This document shows, in pieces, positions 58,321-64,000 of a DNA stretch of 64,000 nucleotides. Positions within the stretch are counted from its first letter, which is position 1, and every line of letters starts with the position of its first letter. The stretch is from Candidatus Dormiibacterota bacterium. Lineage in GTDB: Bacteria > Chloroflexota > Dormibacteria > Aeolococcales > Aeolococcaceae. Made by a program: the position numbers and the translations under genes. Location: positions 672,001 through 736,000 of the forward strand of contig OY970355.1 in NCBI GenBank assembly GCA_963718525.1, written 5' to 3'. The notes under the pieces were generated by a model, which did no database searches, was not told the DNA's origin, and saw only the letters and a list, made by a program, of their open reading frames with translations.

Positions 58321-59412
58321 CTATCCGTCCTCGACCCCGAAGATGGCCGCGAGCCGGGTCAACGTGAATCGCTGCCGGAGTGGACACGCACTGTTCTGGT
58401 TGGCGAACATGCCCTGTTCCCATATGGCCTCAGCCTGCGGGCGTGTGCGCTCCCAACGCACCGGAACGACGTACTCCGTCTTGTCTTTCGCCGCGTCTGT
58501 CCCCCAGAAGTACGTTCCCTTCAATGGCACGTCCGCGAGCCTTCGTTCTTGTCCGCCCACCTCGGCAGTAGCGTCGGCGAAAGGGCGTGCCTCACCAGTC
58601 ACATGCCCAACCCCCACGTAGCCGCTCTTTGGGATGCAGCAGAAGATTCGCGCATCGACGGGTAACTTGCGGAGGGTGTGGGAGAACCATTCCCCGCCGC
58701 CGGCCGCGACAAAGCCATAGTTCCGGGCGTCTTCCCAGACCCGACCGTCGGGATCCACACCAAAGTTGACGTACCAGTCCTTACCGTTCCACGGCTCCTT
58801 GTTCCGCACACCAAGGTGTCTCGGCGCTGTGGCGCCCGCATCACTCGCGGCATCCAGCAACCATGTCCGGGCAAGATAGGCCCGATCGCCGTCTTGGTAG
58901 TAGCGGAAGAAGGCGACATTGATGGGGACGCCGTAGCCGCTATTCAGGTAGGTGATGATCCGCTCGCTCGCAGGGTCCACCTCCGCGGCGATGATGGTCA
59001 GTTGGTGCTCAGTGTTAAGGGCGTCGGGCGGAGCGTCGCCAAACACCTCGCTGAAGGCCTGCTCAAACACCACGCCAGGACGGTATCCCGCGAAGGTGTC
59101 GAGCACCTGTTGATGGCTCAGCGTGCTGACCCAGGACCCGTAGTCCAGCGCTTGGGCGACCACCTCGCGAGGAGTCCGGTGACGCTTCAACTCCAAAACG
59201 TGCAGAACACCGTCGCCGTCTACGGCGAGCAGATCAATGACGCCCCCGTATGCTGTTGAGACCTGGCGGCCAATGAGGAGGAGGCGCTCTCCAAGCATGC
59301 TTGGGTCCTTCTCGAGCATGTCTTCGAGCTGCTGCTCGCGCGGTACGCCCAGGGGATCCAGCCGGTGAGGCTCGCCACCGTCGACCCTCCACAAGCCTAT
59401 CTCAAGTGACAT
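58321..59412 (-). CDS. NucS/DUF91-type PD-(D/E)xK endonuclease with an aromatic-rich C-terminal domain
   Basis: EQQLE..IGRQV..IDLLAVD..LELKR..VVAQALDY; C-terminal WYVNFG..WEDARNYGF..YVGVG. Confidence 0.85.
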   Translation of the reverse strand: MSLEIGLWRVDGGEPHRLDPLGVPREQQLEDMLEKDPSMLGERLLLIGRQVSTAYGGVIDLLAVDGDGVLHVLELKRHRTPREVVAQALDYGSWVSTLSHQQVLDTFAGYRPGVVFEQAFSEVFGDAPPDALNTEHQLTIIAAEVDPASERIITYLNSGYGVPINVAFFRYYQDGDRAYLARTWLLDAASDAGATAPRHLGVRNKEPWNGKDWYVNFGVDPDGRVWEDARNYGFVAAGGGEWFSHTLRKLPVDARIFCCIPKSGYVGVGHVTGEARPFADATAEVGGQERRLADVPLKGTYFWGTDAAKDKTEYVVPVRWERTRPQAEAIWEQGMFANQNSACPLRQRFTLTRLAAIFGVEDG

Positions 59413-59973
59413 GCGAGTATTCTCGCCCGTGGCGCGATTAAGGGGTGAGATGGAATTACTTGTCTCCGCTGCCAACGACATTCAAATAGTTCAGCGAGCG
59501 CAATGGGCCTAGCCCGGCTCCGAGTTCGTGAGCTGCAGGAACTTGAGCCCTTTGATCTCGCTCGCGTACACAGCTAGCATTTGTTCTCAGCGCGCACCAC
59601 ACGCCGCCTCGTAGCAGCGCATCGCGAGCTCGCGGATGCGTCTTGTGCGCTAAATCGGGAAGCATCACTAGGGAAGTAGCTCCGATTCTAGGGCTCGGCC
59701 TCCTGGTGCATGCGGCCGTCCCAGTCGCTCGTGGTACGTCGGCGGGAAAGGGCGAGTTGGATATACCTTACCGGTCCGGGCATAGTGTGCCGATCGCATT
59801 GCCCATCCACAAGCCGCACGCGCGCCGGCGCGCTCGGAGATGAGCCGGAGGTGCGTACTCTGCGTCTTTCCGGTTGGCCCGACCGTCGAGCCGAACGTTG
59901 AGCTCTCAATCTTCCTAGTAGCCGGCACGCAGTCGCAGGTACGCTCCGCCCGCGATCCGTCTACGCTTCTGGC

Positions 59974-60753
59974 GTGATATACGACCGCCCGGTCAGCGAT
60001 CTCATGCGAGATGCCGCTGCCGCCATGACACCCCCCTTCTCTGTAGGCGACGTGGTCGCCTGGTTCAACCAGCATTACCCGAAGATCAAGAACAACACGA
60101 TCGGTGCTCACGTCCGGGGATTGACTTGGAACGACCCCAATCGGAAGCACTACGCGTGGCTTGCAACGAAAGATCCCCTCTTTACCCGGACCGTATTTGG
60201 AAAGCTTCGGCTCTTCGACCCGGACGATGTTGGGATTGAGATCGGTGGCGACAACTCGGCAGATCTTGAGGAGGGCGATGGAGACGAGGTGCCGTCCACG
60301 GCGCAGGACGTTGAGTTCGTTCTGGAGAATCAGCTCGAGGAATTCCTCGTGGGTAACTGGCACCGCATCAATTGGGCGCGGGACCTTCAGATATGGAAGT
60401 CACCCACCGGAGTCTCGGGGCATCAGTTCAACACGGCGGTGGGACGTCTAGATTTCCTTTGCATCGACGCCAAAACTAAGGCTCTCGTGGTGGTGGAGCT
60501 GAAGCGGGGACGACCCTCTGACAAGGTGGTCGGACAGATTGCCCGGTATATGGGGTGGGTTCGTCGGAACATCGGCTCGAAAGGGCAGGCTGTGGAGGGC
60601 CTGATCGTTGCGCACGAGAGCGACACGGCTCTGAGTTATGCGGTAAGCGAGATTCCGGGACTTCGTCTTATGACCTATGAAGTCAAGTTCGAGCTCTCAG
60701 CGGCGGGATTGCCAGACCCGCGGGAGGCGGCCGATTCGGCGATGTCAGGGTAA
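59974..60753 (+). CDS. NucS/DUF91-type endonuclease with an N-terminal winged-helix-like domain
   Basis: LENQLEEFL, GRLDFLC, VELKRGRPSDKVVGQIARYMGWV. Confidence 0.85.
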   Translation: MIYDRPVSDLMRDAAAAMTPPFSVGDVVAWFNQHYPKIKNNTIGAHVRGLTWNDPNRKHYAWLATKDPLFTRTVFGKLRLFDPDDVGIEIGGDNSADLEEGDGDEVPSTAQDVEFVLENQLEEFLVGNWHRINWARDLQIWKSPTGVSGHQFNTAVGRLDFLCIDAKTKALVVVELKRGRPSDKVVGQIARYMGWVRRNIGSKGQAVEGLIVAHESDTALSYAVSEIPGLRLMTYEVKFELSAAGLPDPREAADSAMSG

Positions 60754-61124
60754 GCATCGCCTCCAAGGTTGTCGCCGGCGTGGTGAAAAGCCCTCCATTA
60801 GGTCCCGCAGTTGTAAGGGACCACGGAGCTCCTGGCCGGGCCCGGGTGCGCATATGCACCGAACGGGGACTCGCATATTGGTCTGCAGATCGGGCCGGTC
60901 GACACATGAGGGATATGCTGAGTGATGTAGGGGAGGTCACGCCCACCCCCACATTGACATCGTACGTGACTCGACCTGTCCCATCAAGCCCTTGTTGGCG
61001 CCGGCTTTGGGTTCGGTGATCAATCCAAGTGCAGTGATGTGCCCTCGTTCTTGCCGTGAGACGCTGCGAGGACCGCCCACGCCGTTGTCGACACGAGGCT
61101 CCCCCGCGAGCACAAGGAGAACCA

Positions 61125-61595
61125 ATGCGCCCAACTGCTTCAGCTCCGTCCCGCATGAGGATCCACTTTCCCGGTGGCGAGCCGCTTATCACGGTACGAC
61201 GTCCACCCAAACAGTTCGGCGAGGTCGTGTACGTCCTGACCGCAAACCGGTTGATCAAGTACGCGCAGGAGCGATCGCACGTCGTCTATGTGGGACGCAG
61301 CGATTTCGGACTGCCCCGCCTTTGCGCTTCAGCTGCCATCCGAGGAAGGAGAGCCTTTCAGGACGAGCGTGGGATCCGGTCGATCCACGTCTGGCCATTG
61401 ACTTGGGCTACTGGGCGGGATGTGGGCACTGCGAAGGTCCTAGAACGTGCCTTCCTGCTCCGCTTTAGGGAATTCCACGGCGAGATACCCATTTTGAACA
61501 AGCAAGGGACTGGGATGCGCGAGCGCGACGAATTCGACTTCTTTCGGCGGATAGCGGTCGACCGGGTGATTCGGCAATTCGGCACCACTTGGTAG
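61125..61595 (+). CDS. GIY-YIG-like nuclease
   Basis: VYVL...VYVGRS..R...LERAFL...PILN; RBS AAGGAG. Confidence 0.65.
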   Translation: MRPTASAPSRMRIHFPGGEPLITVRRPPKQFGEVVYVLTANRLIKYAQERSHVVYVGRSDFGLPRLCASAAIRGRRAFQDERGIRSIHVWPLTWATGRDVGTAKVLERAFLLRFREFHGEIPILNKQGTGMRERDEFDFFRRIAVDRVIRQFGTTW

Positions 61596-62753
61596 GTGTC
61601 GACGAGTGCGCGACAAGTCTTCCGACAGGGCCTCCGTTTCGCGTTCGTGCGCAGACCACCACTTCTCAGCGAGCGGGTTCGGTTTCATAAAGTGCCAGTC
61701 GGGGTCTGCTCAGATGCCATCTTGGATCCCGAAGGTATCAACAGGTCGGAACGACGCAGGCTGATCCAGGATTACACGTTCCACTGTGCGGCCTTCCCAT
61801 CATGCGGCCACAGTTCGACGACATCACCTGACTCTCCTTCTACCGTGTTGTGCATCGACTGAGTCGGACCGTCTGAGTGAATGGCAGATCGTATGGGACC
61901 AGGGGCCGAGTTGTGTGATGCAAACGAGCTACCTCGGCAGCGCGAGGAGTGCAGCATGCTGTTCGGATGTCGCAACACGCTAAGCGTCGCCAGGCTCGTG
62001 TCTCGCAATCGCGAGTGGAGCGGCGTCCCACCCGATGTGACCATGAGCTGGCGCCGGTGGTTTCGAATCCTGCATGTAGCCCAGACCCTGCCAACTCGGC
62101 CGATGGGGGCGTCAGCGCCGGTGGCACTAGAGCGGCGATACAATAGTGACATGCGAACATCCGTACGGGTGCGCTGCCGAGCATGCGTGCCCACATCGCG
62201 TATGTGCCGGTACCGGCCTTTCAGGGAAATGAACGCTGCAGTTGTTGCAGAGCTGAATATGGATGGACGCTCGACCAATCCAGTGGTTCTCGTGGCGTGG
62301 GCTCATGGACTCTCCTGGGGGCTCAACTCTCTCGATCTCGGCACCCTCTACACCCTGTGACGTAATGACCGAGGGTGGGCTTCTAATCGACCCTCAGGCG
62401 TCATCCGCGAGGCGACCAAGCGTGTGCTGGGCGCGGGTTCGATGCACTCGATCAACGTTGATCTCCATCGACGCAAGCTCCGCACCAGCACCGGCAAGCA
62501 GTGGACGACGTCGAGGCTGACGATCGACACGAGAGCAGGCCCGCAAAACGAAACGTGGTGTCGTTGCCCTCTCCCGGAAGCCGCCGCGTCGATCGCGGCT
62601 GGTGCCCAGTGGTGGATGGCGGCCGTGCGGCCAATGCCGCCACCCGTGCTCAATCGTGAGGTCACAGCGACAATTCCCTGCTCTCGCGTTTCCGGATGCA
62701 CGGGCTGGAGGAAATTAGATCACTCGCTCAGTTGGCGCCTGCTGAAGGGCTGA

Positions 62754-64000
62754 CTACGCGCGTTCGACGAAGACCTCGATGGCTGGCCCGATCTGCGCGA
62801 GTAATTCCGCTGCCAACTCTTGCACCAAGCGTTCCAGCTCGACGCTGCCAACGGCGGCACGCCGTTCTGGAGGTTGCCACATGTACGGAACATCAAGGAC
62901 ATCCACACGGCCAACTGTCACGAGGGTTCGGACGATGGCTTCGCCGGCCTCCGTCATCTCGACGGCGCGGCTGGCACGAAGTTGAAGGTTGCGTCTTTGC
63001 GGGCTCGGCATGAGTTGAGTACACCTCTGCCAACGAAAGGGAATCACAGGAGCACCGATGTAATCTCGCGTGCGCAAAGTGTTGTTGGTTAGCTTGTCGT
63101 CGACCGCGTCGATCTCGAGGTAGCCTCCGATGACACCCAGGGCATCATTGATAGGGCTACAAAGCCGTCGGAACCTCTCGACGGTCTCCTCAATCTGGCT
63201 CATGCGCCGGCCCAAGAGGTCACTCGCTGCGAGCTCTGCCTCGTTCTTTGCGCGAAACCGCGCCGCCAGCTCACTGACATCGGGGACCGAGCTTTCATTG
63301 GAGAGGAGCTGCCAGGCTGCGAGATCGCGCGAAACCTGTTCCATTGATGGGCGAGCCACTGGGTCGGTCCTCGTCATTCCATCGATGAGCCGATCCAGAG
63401 CATCGGCATTCGGATGCGGACGGAGTTCCTCGATAGTGAATCTCCGATCGCTAGCGGCCTGATGTCCATCGGGCGGGAATCGCTGTTCTGTGGCCAGCAC
63501 CCACAGTGTCTTGCTTAGCGAGTACACATCCGCCGGATGAGGGTCCGCGTTGGCTGGATCCCTCACGAGCTCGTAGGCGGTGAAATGCGCCGGCCCCAAC
63601 GGACGGTCGTGCCGCGTGAGCTCCGCCATGTCTGGAAGATGAATGATGCCGAAGTCACCGACCAACGGTCTGCTGTCGACCACGTATACGTTTTCAGGTT
63701 TGATATCTCTATGGGCTACGCCATAAGACGCCTTCAGGCGTGTGAGGGTCAGGGCGATCTCCTCGATCGCAGCGACGACGGCGTTGAGAGGCTGGCCAGC
63801 TAGAGCCTGATTTATTGGGGTAGCGATAGGCATCGCAAGCCACGCCCGATCCTCCGCCGTCGGATTCTCGGGTAGATACGCATCCAGTAGAGGCAAGATG
63901 CCTGTCGTGTCCCCGAGCTTTTGGAGGAACGCCACTTCTCGAATGAATCGACGGTACGGCTCCTTGTCGACATGAGTCGCATGCAGCACCTTGAGCGCGA
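62754..64000 (-). CDS. Hanks-type Ser/Thr protein kinase with an unrecognised C-terminal domain (start outside the window)
   Basis: ALK, HRDIKPEN, DFG, GPAHFTAYE, DVYSL, RPSM. Confidence 0.88.
   Translation of the reverse strand, partial: ALKVLHATHVDKEPYRRFIREVAFLQKLGDTTGILPLLDAYLPENPTAEDRAWLAMPIATPINQALAGQPLNAVVAAIEEIALTLTRLKASYGVAHRDIKPENVYVVDSRPLVGDFGIIHLPDMAELTRHDRPLGPAHFTAYELVRDPANADPHPADVYSLSKTLWVLATEQRFPPDGHQAASDRRFTIEELRPHPNADALDRLIDGMTRTDPVARPSMEQVSRDLAAWQLLSNESSVPDVSELAARFRAKNEAELAASDLLGRRMSQIEETVERFRRLCSPINDALGVIGGYLEIDAVDDKLTNNTLRTRDYIGAPVIPFRWQRCTQLMPSPQRRNLQLRASRAVEMTEAGEAIVRTLVTVGRVDVLDVPYMWQPPERRAAVGSVELERLVQELAAELLAQIGPAIEVFVERA

Noticed and set aside
62050-62085. Second tRNA fragment (TTCGAATCC)
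   Set aside because: The T-stem does not pair and no acceptor strand or CCA follows
61600-62753. ORFs between the GIY-YIG-like gene and the kinase
   Set aside because: Overlapping short frames with no recognisable motif; possibly a degraded gene but not supportable
1-64000. CRISPR array, rRNA, intact tRNA, integrase
   Set aside because: None found by eye; the only regular repeats are the protein-coding propeller blades

Overview
High-GC bacterial DNA resembling a soil actinomycete/Chloroflexota/Dormibacterota-type organism (lineage is inference only). Layout: (1) 1-2.6 kb, start of a ROK-regulated sugar/inositol catabolic operon; (2) 3.1-8.3 kb, a secreted YVTN-like beta-propeller with 13 C-x7-C loops, divergent from a frameshifted STAND ATPase-TPR regulator; (3) 8.5-10.9 kb, gene remnants (DUF885-like peptidase, IS256, K+ channel, cupin) ending at the isolated 3' half of a tRNA-Gln(CUG), a likely island attachment scar; (4) 11-25.3 kb, a GntR-linked N-heteroaromatic catabolic cluster (Mo-hydroxylase, NCS1 permease, MHPCO-like flavin oxygenase, VOC protein, hydrolases, fused CoA-transferase/acyl-CoA dehydrogenase); (5) 25.5-27.7 kb, DUF1326 (in-frame amber), DUF2182 and DUF899; (6) 28-34.3 kb, two secreted proteases, one a subtilase with sedolisin-type E-D-S residues; (7) 34.8-52.4 kb, a second GntR-linked catabolic cluster (Mo-hydroxylase, tandem cyclic amidohydrolases, divergent asparaginase, MmgE/PrpD, tartrate-DH-like enzyme, DUF296, MFS, ABC importer, tatA) with a shared TGTATACA box; (8) ppk2 and a two-component system; (9) 56.5-64 kb, a nuclease-rich, defence-like region (NERD, two NucS-type, GIY-YIG-like, Ser/Thr kinase). 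No rRNA, intact tRNA, integrase or CRISPR array was seen. Family calls come from motif recognition, not database searches.
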